This document shows positions 38,750 through 47,825 of a DNA stretch of 64,000 nt, in pieces. Origin of the DNA: an uncultured Bacteroidales bacterium (GTDB taxonomy: Bacteria; Bacteroidota; Bacteroidia; Bacteroidales; VadinHA17); NCBI GenBank assembly GCA_963844935.1, contig CAWJQH010000008.1:474904-538903 (forward strand). The letters are read 5' to 3'. Below the pieces are notes generated by a model. The model made no database searches, was not told the origin of the DNA, and was given only the letters and a program-made list of their open reading frames with translations. Every line of letters begins with the position of its first letter. The first letter of the stretch is position 1. The position numbers and the translations under genes were made by a program.

Positions 38750-39273
38750 AACAGGGATTTTGGGTTAAGAAAATATTCGGTCTTTCCGCCCGCCTTTCTG
38801 ATCTTTGACCATTTATCTGCATCAAAGGTAAGGCAAAGAACTCCTGACTTTGGCAATACCTCTGTCTCATCCGCTGCGAAGAAGGCAGCCATTTCCGAAA
38901 TCAGGAAATTATGCCCGAAGAGAGTGATAGTATCATAATCCTCACTCCGTGCGCTGAAGAAAGAAATATATGCAGCTGGCTCAAGGTTAAAATAAAGATC
39001 AGAAGATATCTTCATTGCATCAGGGCTCAGGCCGAACTCCCTTGCAAATATTATGGCTGTCTCAAGCGCCCTGAAGGCAGGGCTGGTGATGATCAGTCCG
39101 AGATCTTTTTCATGTGACCTGAGAAGCTGAGCCATGCGTCTCGACTGAATTTTGCCCTTGAGGGTAAGCGATCTTTCAAAATCAGAAATATCACCTGGCT
39201 GGTCTTCTGCCTTGCCATGCCTGATGAAGATCAGTTTCTTCATCTTTGCCTGTCTGTTGCTGACGGGTTTCAT
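38746..39273 (-). CDS. histidine phosphatase family protein (SixA-like)
   Basis: RHG motif (LIFIRHGKAE) and a downstream GHN histidine. Its stop overlaps the ppk1 start by 4 nt. An alternative start at MKKLIF (39243) is equally plausible. Confidence 0.75.
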   Translation of the reverse strand: MKPVSNRQAKMKKLIFIRHGKAEDQPGDISDFERSLTLKGKIQSRRMAQLLRSHEKDLGLIITSPAFRALETAIIFAREFGLSPDAMKISSDLYFNLEPAAYISFFSARSEDYDTITLFGHNFLISEMAAFFAADETEVLPKSGVLCLTFDADKWSKIRKAGGKTEYFLNPKSLL

Positions 39274-39291
39274 ATATTACGTTTCAGTATT

Positions 39292-40332
39292 TCATATTCC
39301 GAAGCAGGTTCCCATTTCCCTTGCCTGTTTGACCATGGGGTTATCCGTTTCAACAAGCTTTGTTTTGCCGGCCACATCAGAAAGCTTCACCGATGTTATC
39401 TCGCAGTTTCTGTGTGCAACCATTCTTCCGAAGTTGTTGCCGGCAATCAGGTTTGCCGCTGCCGCGCCGAACCTTGATGCCAGTACCCTGTCCATAGGCG
39501 AGGGTGACCCGCCCCGCTGCACGTAACCCAGCACTGTCTCCCTTGTCTCCAGGCCGGTGACCTCCTCTATTCTTTTTGCGAGGTAATTTCCTGCCGAGAC
39601 CTCATCTTCAGGAATACGAATCCCTTCTGCTGCAACAACTATTGAGTAAGGTTTGTTATTATCTGCACGCTTTTTCAGATACTTCATTATAATATCCTCA
39701 TCATGCGGTATCTCCGGAATCAGAATTACATCGCCGCCTCCTGCCATCCCGGAATAAAGTGCAAGCCACCCTGCATTGTGCCCCATAACCTCGATCACCA
39801 TGATCCTTTTGTGCGAGTTGGCGGTAGAATGAAGCCTGTCGACAGCCTCGGTGGCAATATTCACTGCGGAATCAAATCCGAAAGTCATATCCGTTCCCCA
39901 GACATCATTGTCGATTGTCTTTGGTATTCCGACCACGTTCAGGCCCTCCTCCGAGAGCATATATGCATTCTTCATCGTTCCGTTACCCCCTATACAAACC
40001 AGGCAGTCGAGTTCGAGCTGTTCATAATGTTCCTTTATGAGCAGCGGTTTTGCATTTTCATTCTTCTTTTTGCCGTCGGCCTTGAAAGGTTTTTCACGGG
40101 AGGTGCCGAGTATGGTGCCGCCGAGAGTAAGTATCCCTGACAGGTGACTCTCTGTCAGCTCGATGTAATCCTTGGTTATCAGTCCTGTAAAACCGTCACT
40201 GATACCGATGACTTTCATTCCGTATTTTACAATTGCAGTCTTGCCTACGCCCCTGATTGCGGCATTGATCCCGGGGCAGTCGCCTCCGGCTGTTAAAATG
40301 CCAATTCTCTTTGGTACTGTGTTTTTTCCCAT
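39292..40332 (-). CDS. pfkA: 6-phosphofructokinase (ATP-dependent type by the GGNG motif)
   Basis: Motifs GILTAGGDCPGINAAIR, CIGGNGT, PKTIDND and MGHNAGW; 346 aa. Confidence 0.9.
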   Translation of the reverse strand: MGKNTVPKRIGILTAGGDCPGINAAIRGVGKTAIVKYGMKVIGISDGFTGLITKDYIELTESHLSGILTLGGTILGTSREKPFKADGKKKNENAKPLLIKEHYEQLELDCLVCIGGNGTMKNAYMLSEEGLNVVGIPKTIDNDVWGTDMTFGFDSAVNIATEAVDRLHSTANSHKRIMVIEVMGHNAGWLALYSGMAGGGDVILIPEIPHDEDIIMKYLKKRADNNKPYSIVVAAEGIRIPEDEVSAGNYLAKRIEEVTGLETRETVLGYVQRGGSPSPMDRVLASRFGAAAANLIAGNNFGRMVAHRNCEITSVKLSDVAGKTKLVETDNPMVKQAREMGTCFGI

Positions 40333-40366
40333 GTTCTCCCGGGGAATTATGCAGTTTAATTATGAT

Positions 40367-40374
40367 CAAATGTA
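40367..40374 (-). promoter_or_regulatory. candidate -7 box (TACATTTG on the minus strand) for pfk-sixA-ppk1
   Basis: The plus strand reads CAAATGTA, 35 nt upstream of the pfk ATG. Confidence 0.35.
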
Positions 40375-40505
40375 CTAAAAAACCGCAATAAAACTACAAA
40401 CCGTTGTTGCCGAAACACTTAAACCGGACTTAGATCACAGATCTCAGGTCAGGCTGGAGAATTGCCACAATTGTGTAACTTTATCAGCCGCTTATATTCT
40501 TTTTA

Positions 40506-41384
40506 ATGACAGAAAAAGAGACAAAACTGCTCCGCGATATCAAGCCTGCCCTGGCGGGTTACATCAGCGACTCGCTGGTCCTGCTCGGCCAGCTGCCAGT
40601 GCCTGATGATACCGCTATTCATGATATAAGGGTGTTGATGAAGAGGCAGCGTGCTACAATAAAGCTTGTACGGCCGCTGCTGGAAGAAGAGTCATACCGC
40701 AGGGAATATTTTGCCGGCAGGGAAGTTGGCCGTATCCTGTGTTCGTGGCGCGAAATGTCAGTGCTGTACAAAACAGCAAAAGCGCTTAAAAAGGAGAACC
40801 CTAAGCTCTTTCTTAAGCTGTGGGATAATGAGAAGATACAGATCCTGCTCAGGAAGCCTTACTCTACCTGGACTGCAGCAGGTGAACAGAGCAAATCGGT
40901 AAAGGAGATCAGTGCTCACCTCATTAAAGCTCAGTACAGGGTACGGTTTCTGACCCTGAAGGATCCGGATGTATCCTTGCTTCTCGAAGAGCTCGGACGC
41001 AGTTTCCAGATTGCTGCAAAAGCTTACCTGGACTGCAGGAACAGTCCCCGGCAAAACCTGCTGCATAATTTCAGGAAGAAATCCAAGACCCTCCTGTACC
41101 AGCTTTACTACTTTCGCCCTCTGAACCAGCCAGGTATAAAGTCGCTTGAGAAAAAGCTCGACTTCCTGACCCAGAATCTCGGAAAGTACAATGACCTGGT
41201 ACAGATCACTGATATGATCGGCTACAGGTACGGAGATCCGGGTAACAGTCCTGTGATGGATGAACTGGCTGTAGTGATCAGGGATAAGCAGGACAGATAT
41301 CTTTCAAAGGTCTGGCCTTTGGCATACCGGATCTTTGCTCCCGGGAAAAATCCGGGAGATTTCCTGAGCTTTATCGTACGGTAG
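40506..41384 (+). CDS. CHAD domain-containing protein
   Basis: 292 aa, all-helical and basic. The motif IHDIRVLMKRQRATIKLVRP resembles the CHAD VHxxRVxxRRLR helix. Confidence 0.65.
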   Translation: MTEKETKLLRDIKPALAGYISDSLVLLGQLPVPDDTAIHDIRVLMKRQRATIKLVRPLLEEESYRREYFAGREVGRILCSWREMSVLYKTAKALKKENPKLFLKLWDNEKIQILLRKPYSTWTAAGEQSKSVKEISAHLIKAQYRVRFLTLKDPDVSLLLEELGRSFQIAAKAYLDCRNSPRQNLLHNFRKKSKTLLYQLYYFRPLNQPGIKSLEKKLDFLTQNLGKYNDLVQITDMIGYRYGDPGNSPVMDELAVVIRDKQDRYLSKVWPLAYRIFAPGKNPGDFLSFIVR

Positions 41385-41387
41385 AAT

Positions 41388-42326
41388 TTAACCTGATACC
41401 CCGTTGTTCAGGGTCTGTACCAGTGTCATCAGCTGCATCCTGTTCCTGACGTTGGTTTTTGAATAGATCCGTGATGTATGATCTTTTACTGTCTGGAGGC
41501 TGATGAACAGCTTGTCGGCTATTTCCTGGTTACTCAGTCCGTTGCAAATCTCCCTGATTATATCAGCTTCCCTTGGTGAGATCTCGTGCCTGATGCAGAA
41601 ATCCTCGATTCCCCGGGGCGGGTTCAACTCTTCAGGGATCTGAAATGATTGCAGATCTGCGTTATATACAAGGTAGACAGGAAGCAGGGCGGCGGCGGCG
41701 AAGAGCAGGAATGCAAATACAAGTGCCATCCATACTGAATGGGGCAGCAGCATGAGGACAGCTGATTGCGAAAGAGCCCCTGCCAGTGACAGACCCGCAA
41801 GAATCCTGCGATCCGTTTTTCCCGGCGAGGAAGAGGAGCCTTTTAATAAAATAAAACCCGTGATCACTGCAAAGAACAGTGCAGCACCGCTGTAGTAGTA
41901 CTTGAACATAGGCAATGCTTCACTGAATACAGTATCACCCGATGTGTACCCGATGAGTGTGATTATTCCGAGATTGATCACGACGGACAGGATGTAAAGA
42001 TACCCCTTGAGGTGCAGGCCTGCGCACTCTGCCCCGAACCTCAGGAACATCATCCACCCGATGACAAGGAATGGCAGACCAAGCAATAGCGAAATGGCTG
42101 ATACCGTTGACAGCATATCCGGGGTAAGTCGGCTGCCTGCAACGGTAAAAATGATGAACTGCCCCCATATGCCGTAGAAGCCGAAGGCGAACATGAAAAT
42201 AATATAGTAAAAGAGGGGTCTGGCAAACGGAACGGTGTACTCTTTCATCAGCCTTGACGTCAGAAGAATTGCTCCGGCGGCCATCCCGGCACAGGAAATA
42301 AATATGATCAGACTGATCAGTTCCAT
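41388..42326 (-). CDS. membrane-anchored LuxR-family transcriptional regulator (about 7 TM N-terminal domain + C-terminal HTH)
   Basis: C-terminal LuxR HTH present (SPREADIIREICNGLSNQEIADKLFISLQTVKDHTSRIYSKT). The N-terminal 230 aa are polytopic. Confidence 0.75.
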   Translation of the reverse strand: MELISLIIFISCAGMAAGAILLTSRLMKEYTVPFARPLFYYIIFMFAFGFYGIWGQFIIFTVAGSRLTPDMLSTVSAISLLLGLPFLVIGWMMFLRFGAECAGLHLKGYLYILSVVINLGIITLIGYTSGDTVFSEALPMFKYYYSGAALFFAVITGFILLKGSSSSPGKTDRRILAGLSLAGALSQSAVLMLLPHSVWMALVFAFLLFAAAALLPVYLVYNADLQSFQIPEELNPPRGIEDFCIRHEISPREADIIREICNGLSNQEIADKLFISLQTVKDHTSRIYSKTNVRNRMQLMTLVQTLNNGVSG

Positions 42327-42443
42327 ATCTGAATTATTGTAAAATATTGATTAACAGTCACTACCAAAGTAGTAGGGTTAATACTAAAGTAGGATTTTAT
42401 AAAATCACTACTAAGGTATGAAATCCATCTCACGATGCAGATA

Positions 42444-42451
42444 TAGATTTG
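42444..42451 (+). promoter_or_regulatory. candidate -7 box TAGATTTG
   Basis: Exact TAnnTTTG match, 44 nt upstream of the 42495 ATG. Confidence 0.4.
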
Positions 42452-42494
42452 CTTCAACAAACGATTTTTTTCAAACAGTAAAAAGCAAATAAAA

Positions 42495-43253
42495 ATGGAA
42501 ACAAAAAGAACTTACCGCTTCGTACCTTCAACCGGTGCCTCGTATAACACCGGATGGAAGGTCATGTCTGACAACTTCCTGAGGTTACTGCTGGTCGTAA
42601 TTATCTTAGCTATCATAACCGGACCAATGGGGATCTTCGGCAACAGTAATTTCAAGGTCGACCACTTCGATTTTGACAGCATCCCCTTTGACATGGATGA
42701 TTTCTTCAAGTTCGGGGCACTGGGCATTGCCGCCGTCTTCATGGGAATGCTGGGGTTGCTCTGGTATTTTCTGCTGGTACCGGTATTCAAATACGGAGCC
42801 AAAATGATGTTCGTTCAGTCGGCCCGTCAGCTTACGCCTGACTTTGACATGCTGATAAACGGTTTCCGCAAGAACTACCTCAATATAGTGCTTGCCAACC
42901 TTCTTGTCACAGCCCTCGTCGGCATCGGCTTTGTCTGTTTGTTTATCCCAGGGATAATAATCGCGTGCCGTCTTGCATTCACACCTTACCTGGTCATGGA
43001 CAAGGATCTTGATCCGATCAGGGCAGCTGAAGAGAGCTGGAGGCTCACCCGCGGTCACGGCTGGACAATATTCCTCATGGGCTTCCTCAGCTTCTTCATC
43101 TACATAGCAGGATTCATCTGCTTCTTCATCGGAGTGCTTGTCTCTGATATGTGGGTCAAGAGTTCGTATGCAACGCTTTATCAGTCGGTGCTGGTTGAAA
43201 AGGGAATGTATCAGGTAGCTGAAGCTCCGGTGACTGAAGCGCCTGTCTCATAA
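42495..43253 (+). CDS. integral membrane protein (DUF975/YciC-like topology), function unknown
   Basis: 252 aa with 5-6 TM segments and a repeated C-terminal APVTEAPV. The family is not securely recognised. Confidence 0.45.
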   Translation: METKRTYRFVPSTGASYNTGWKVMSDNFLRLLLVVIILAIITGPMGIFGNSNFKVDHFDFDSIPFDMDDFFKFGALGIAAVFMGMLGLLWYFLLVPVFKYGAKMMFVQSARQLTPDFDMLINGFRKNYLNIVLANLLVTALVGIGFVCLFIPGIIIACRLAFTPYLVMDKDLDPIRAAEESWRLTRGHGWTIFLMGFLSFFIYIAGFICFFIGVLVSDMWVKSSYATLYQSVLVEKGMYQVAEAPVTEAPVS

Positions 43254-43287
43254 AGTAATTTTGCTTCACTTATTTACTTGAACACGG

Positions 43288-43318
43288 GCACGGGGCGATA
43301 TGCCCCGTGCTTGTTTTT
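43288..43318. terminator. rho-independent terminator between convergent genes
   Basis: Stem GCACGGGGC, loop GATAT, stem GCCCCGTGC, followed by TTGTTTTT. The reverse strand also has an A/T-rich flank. Confidence 0.75.
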
Positions 43319-43325
43319 GGGAGCC

Positions 43326-45605
43326 TTACATTTTAGTTAGTTTGGCAAACCGCAGTAACAGCTTTTTCGTTCCTGCGGCATCAAATTCTATTACGGCAGT
43401 GCTATTCGGGAACTCTCCCTCAACCGACCTGACCTCACCCTGTCCGAACCGTTCATGTGTCACCCGGTCACCCGGTGACAGCTCTGTCATGGCAGGAGAG
43501 ACTGCAGTCGCGGCCGGACTGCCGGATTTCCTGATCTGTACCAGTTTCTTTTCTGAGGCGGTGGCGGTAAATGTCTCCCTTTTCTCTCCAATTGTATTAC
43601 CGTCAAAACGTACTGTATTTCTGAATGACCTGCCACCGCTATGGGGGTAGTACAGGTAGTCATTTTCTATCTCGCCGATGAAACGGCTGGGAGAGCTGCT
43701 CTCAAGAGATCCCCACTTATACCTGTTGAGGGCGTAGCTCAGGGTGACGCGCCTGCACGCCCTTGTAAGCGCAACATAAAAGAGCCGTCGCTCCTCTTCA
43801 AGCTCGCGCGGGTTATAAAGATTCATATTTGAAGGAAACAGGTTTTCCTCCAGGCCTACGATATATACATATTTGAACTCTAGTCCTTTGGCAGAATGGA
43901 TTGTCATCATCGCCACCTTGTTCTTATCCTCAGGTTTCTCCATATCCTGATCAGTCAGCAGCGATACTGTCTGAAGCCAGGTGGCAATGTCAGCCGGCTC
44001 ACCGTTGTTTACGGCTGCATCTGTGAACTCCCTGATACCGTTGAGTAGCTCCTGGATATTTTCAAGCCTGTCAATCTCCTCAGGCACCTGCCCCTGCCTG
44101 AGTTCAGTGATGATACCGCTGGCAGCAGCTATCCTGTCAGTCACCTCGTAAGCAGTGGCGGTCTCTGCCGTAGCCATGACCGGAAGCATAAGGGAGGCGA
44201 AGACGGCAAGCTTCGACCGGAGGGCAGGAGTAAGGTAAGTTGTACTCAGTTCAGATGAAGAAATAATTGACCATATGCTTACATCAAGTGTTCTGGCAAG
44301 CTCTGCCAGCCTCTGAATGGTTGTATCGCCGATGCCCCTCCTGGGATAGTTGATTATACGTTTAAGAGCTTCCTCATCATCAGGATTAACCACCAGCCTC
44401 AGGTATGCTATCAGGTCACGTATCTCCTTGCGTTCATAGAACGACTGTCCTCCGAATACCTTGTAGGGTATGTTCCGTTTGCGCAGCATCTCCTCGAAGA
44501 TGCGCGACTGGGCATTGGTGCGGTACAGGATTGCAAAATCCTTCCATTCGAGACGCTCACGCATACGTGTATCAAGAATGTCAGAAGCCGTCACTATGCC
44601 CTCCTCGCTGTCAACGGTTGTCTGTACCACCCTTATTTTTTCACCCTCCTCATTCTTTGAGTAAACGGTCTTTTTTATCTGCCCGATATTCTTTTCAATG
44701 ACGCTGTTGGCAGCATTGACAATTGTTTGCGTGGAGCGGTAGTTCTGCTCAAGCTTGAAGAGGTGATAGTCCGGGTAATCATTTTTGAAGTTGAGGATGT
44801 TCTCTATGCGTGCTCCGCGGAATGAATAAATACTCTGAGCGTCATCACCCACTACGCACAGGTTGCGGTGAAGCTCCGAGAGCTTATGAACGATCACATA
44901 CTGGGCATAGTTGGTATCCTGGTACTCGTCCACAAGGACGTAGTCGAACCGGTTGCGGTACTGTTCAAGCACGGCGGGAAAGTCACGGAAGAGAATATTG
45001 ATGTTCATCAGCAGGTCATCAAAATCCATTGCGTTAGCCTTGAAGCATCTTGCAGCATAATTCCTGTAGATTGCCCCAAGCTCAGGCACCCTCGACGCCT
45101 TGTCGGCTTCAGTGATATTATCCACAGTACCGTACAGCTGGGCAGTGATCAGGTTATTCTTGGCATGGGATATCCTGGCCGCGACTGAGGCGGGTTTATA
45201 AACAGTGTCATCAAGGTTCATCTCCCTGATGATGCTGCGGATCAGGCTGCGTGAGTTATCCTGGTCATAAATTGTGAAATTGCTTTTATAGCCGAGGTAG
45301 TGACCGTCGTATCTCAGGAAGCGTGCAAAGATTGAATGGAATGTGCCCATCCACAGGTTGCGGGCAGTTTCAGGACCAACAATCCTGTTGATCCGCTCTT
45401 TCATTTCTCCGGCCGCCTTGTTGGTGAATGTCAGCGCGAGGATCCGGTGCGCAGGGGCTCCCTTGCTTAGAAGGTGAGCCACGCGGTAAGTCAGCACACG
45501 GGTCTTGCCCGAGCCGGCTCCGGCAATGACCATCGCCGGTCCTTCAGTATTTATTACGGCATCATGCTGTGCCTCATTAAGCTCTTTCAGATATTCGCGA
45601 AACAT
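43326..45605 (-). CDS. ATP-dependent DNA helicase, UvrD/PcrA/Rep family
   Basis: Motif I AGAGSGKTRVLTYR, motif II VDEYQDTN, and the later helicase motifs. The start is taken at MFREYLKELNEAQ. The ORF stays open up to 45668, which would leave only 27 nt to the divergent gene. Confidence 0.9.
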   Translation of the reverse strand: MFREYLKELNEAQHDAVINTEGPAMVIAGAGSGKTRVLTYRVAHLLSKGAPAHRILALTFTNKAAGEMKERINRIVGPETARNLWMGTFHSIFARFLRYDGHYLGYKSNFTIYDQDNSRSLIRSIIREMNLDDTVYKPASVAARISHAKNNLITAQLYGTVDNITEADKASRVPELGAIYRNYAARCFKANAMDFDDLLMNINILFRDFPAVLEQYRNRFDYVLVDEYQDTNYAQYVIVHKLSELHRNLCVVGDDAQSIYSFRGARIENILNFKNDYPDYHLFKLEQNYRSTQTIVNAANSVIEKNIGQIKKTVYSKNEEGEKIRVVQTTVDSEEGIVTASDILDTRMRERLEWKDFAILYRTNAQSRIFEEMLRKRNIPYKVFGGQSFYERKEIRDLIAYLRLVVNPDDEEALKRIINYPRRGIGDTTIQRLAELARTLDVSIWSIISSSELSTTYLTPALRSKLAVFASLMLPVMATAETATAYEVTDRIAAASGIITELRQGQVPEEIDRLENIQELLNGIREFTDAAVNNGEPADIATWLQTVSLLTDQDMEKPEDKNKVAMMTIHSAKGLEFKYVYIVGLEENLFPSNMNLYNPRELEEERRLFYVALTRACRRVTLSYALNRYKWGSLESSSPSRFIGEIENDYLYYPHSGGRSFRNTVRFDGNTIGEKRETFTATASEKKLVQIRKSGSPAATAVSPAMTELSPGDRVTHERFGQGEVRSVEGEFPNSTAVIEFDAAGTKKLLLRFAKLTKM

Positions 45606-45695
45606 GTAAGAGAATGCAGATTTTCCTGTCCCAAAGAACGGCATTTTTTTATTAGGTTTGCATATCATTTCCGGTAGTTAATCCGTTTAGTAAGC

Positions 45696-46911
45696 GTGTC
45701 AAGATACCTGTCCATCATAATCGTGTTTTTACCGCTTGCCTTGCAGGCGCAGATCACTGCCCCTGAAAGCCGGACCATGCGCATGACAGACTACCCGGTG
45801 ACGGCACGGCACGATCCTGTCTTTATTTTCTGCGTTGCCGATCCCGGTGAAAAAGGCGCACTCACGGCTGCCAGTCCGGGCGGAACGGCACCATTCACGT
45901 TTGTATGGACCATGTACGACCAGACCGGGGGAAGCTACTCGATACCGGTGAAGACTGAGACGGGAGTGACCTCCACTGCCGGCGGTCTCTCCGAAGGCGG
46001 ATACAGGGTCAGTATTTCAGACGGAGGCGGTTACAGTACTGATCTGTACGCATGGGTAAACATTGACAAGCCTGTCGCAAATGCCGCACTGCTGAACTTC
46101 ACCTGTGACTACGTCGCTCTTGACGGCACAGCAGCGCCTGATAACTTTAACTATTATGACCCCTCCACGGGCGCTTCCAAAAGGCTTCCCAACGGCGTTG
46201 CTTTTCTGTGGTCCTCGACTCCTGCTTCGCTAATTCCGTTTCCTGATGTCAGGATTGATCCTCTGATATCTTCCCCGCCGCTGGTGGATGTGCAGTATAT
46301 GTTACAGGTGACTGACAGTTTCGGATGCTCCTCAACCTCCTCATTTCCCTATACGTCAATTCATGTGAAGGCTGAATTCACGGCTGAGCCCACAGACGGT
46401 GAAGCGCCACTTGAGGTAACATTCACTGACAAATCGGTTAGAGGATATCATTATACATGGAATTTCGGTGATGATTTCGATCTCCAATCTTCCCGATCCG
46501 GGTACACATACATATTATATACCCGGCACCTATTACGCCGTGCTCACGATTGAGAGCGAACTCACCTGCAGTGATGCGGACAGCGTAGCTATTAAAGTTG
46601 AGCCTTCGATGATGCAGATGCCAAACGTTTTCACTCCCAATGACGACGGCATCAACGACTTCTTCATCCCTGACAAGAAGTCGCTGAAGTTTCTCAACCT
46701 TCAGATTTTTTCAAAAAGCGGTCGCAGGGTATATAACTACGAAGGTGACGGCGAAGACCTCCAGGGCTGGCAGGGTTGGGACGGTAAGGTCAACTCCTCT
46801 GAACGGTATGCCGAACCCGGAGCCTATTACTACGTGATCAGGGCGGTGGGTTATGACGATAAGGAGTACGAAGGAAAGGAATACAGAGGCGCAATCTATC
46901 TCTACCGCTGA
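45696..46911 (+). pseudogene. secreted PKD-domain protein with T9SS type-B (gliding-motility-associated) C-terminal sorting domain, interrupted by one +1 frameshift (probably a sequencing indel)
   Basis: Signal peptide present (..ALQA/QIT). The PKD motif WNFGDD is broken at the TTT run 46475-46477. The second frame continues SISNLPDPGTHTYYIPGTYYAVLTIES, then the type-B CTD (MPNVFTPNDDGINDFFIP...GWDGK...PGAYYYVI...GAIYLYR). Confidence 0.75.
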
Positions 46912-46919
46912 GAGAGTTT

Positions 46920-47031
46920 CAATCTACAGTCTCCAGTCCTCAGTCTGCAGTTCTCAAGTCTTTGCCGATTGCTGACTGCCGACTGTTGACTGCTACAGTG
47001 TCACTACTGCCTGCCCTGCAATCTGACAGCT
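46920..47031. repeat. imperfect heptanucleotide tandem repeats: about 6 x CAGTCTN followed by about 5 x YTGYYGA and degenerate units
   Basis: Read directly. Block A: CAATCTA CAGTCTC CAGTCCT CAGTCTG CAGTTCT CAAGTCT. Block B: TTGCCGA TTGCTGA CTGCCGA CTGTTGA CTGCTAC. Degenerate units follow: AGTGTCA CTACTGC CTGCCCT .... Confidence 0.65.
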
Positions 47032-47035
47032 CCCT

Positions 47036-47060
47036 AAAATGATCCACCGGATCATTTTTT
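47036..47060 (+). terminator. rho-independent terminator
   Basis: Stem AAAATGATCC, loop ACC, stem GGATCATTTT, running into a T tract. It lies 125 nt after the T9SS cargo stop. Confidence 0.6.
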
Positions 47061-47201
47061 ACGGTCGCTTCTCTACTGCCTCTTAGCAGCAATTCACCGG
47101 CATTTTCCGCCACTCAGCTGAATTTTATTAATATTTAACGAAATAAAACTTGCAAAACTCCCAAAGTTTTCTGATTATTGTACCCGTTTTTACAGAGCTA
47201 C

Positions 47202-47825
47202 ATGAATCAGTCACGGGAATATGATGACAGGATCATTGCCGGAGCGGCGGAGTTGTTTCGCCAGTATGGCATAAGGGCCGTCACCATGGACATGATAGCA
47301 AGCCACCTGGGCATTTCCAAACGCACCATTTATGAACGGTTCGGCGATAAGGACGAGATGCTCTTCGCGGTTATGAATTCCATGATAATAAAACAAAAGG
47401 AGAGGATCGACAGCATAATTGAATCATCTCCTGATATAATTACTGCGATTTTCACGCTGCTCAACCTTGGAAGAGATCATGCTGCCTCCATGAACCCGGT
47501 GATTGGCTCTGACCTGAGGAAATATCACAGTAAAGTCCTGGTTCGCATAAAAGAGAAATGTGAGAATCCTGATTATGAGGGAGCCCTTAAGATCATTTTA
47601 AAAGGCAAGGAACAGGGACTTTTCAGGAAGGACATCGATGACAGCATAGTAAGCAGGTTTTTTACCGAGCTTAAGACCGTAATCGGAGACAGTAAGGTTT
47701 TCCCGACTGATGAGTTTCTTCACCGCGACCTGATAAAAAATGTTGTAATAAACTATCTGCGTGGTATTGCCACGGAGGACGGGATTAAGCTCATAGACAA
47801 AGTGGAGTCCGGAATGAACAATTAA
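47202..47825 (+). CDS. TetR/AcrR family transcriptional regulator
   Basis: N-terminal HTH present (AAELFRQYGIRAVTMDMIASHLGISKRTIYERFGDK). ATG at 47202; the ORF-track start at 47178 is a TTG. Confidence 0.85.
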   Translation: MNQSREYDDRIIAGAAELFRQYGIRAVTMDMIASHLGISKRTIYERFGDKDEMLFAVMNSMIIKQKERIDSIIESSPDIITAIFTLLNLGRDHAASMNPVIGSDLRKYHSKVLVRIKEKCENPDYEGALKIILKGKEQGLFRKDIDDSIVSRFFTELKTVIGDSKVFPTDEFLHRDLIKNVVINYLRGIATEDGIKLIDKVESGMNN

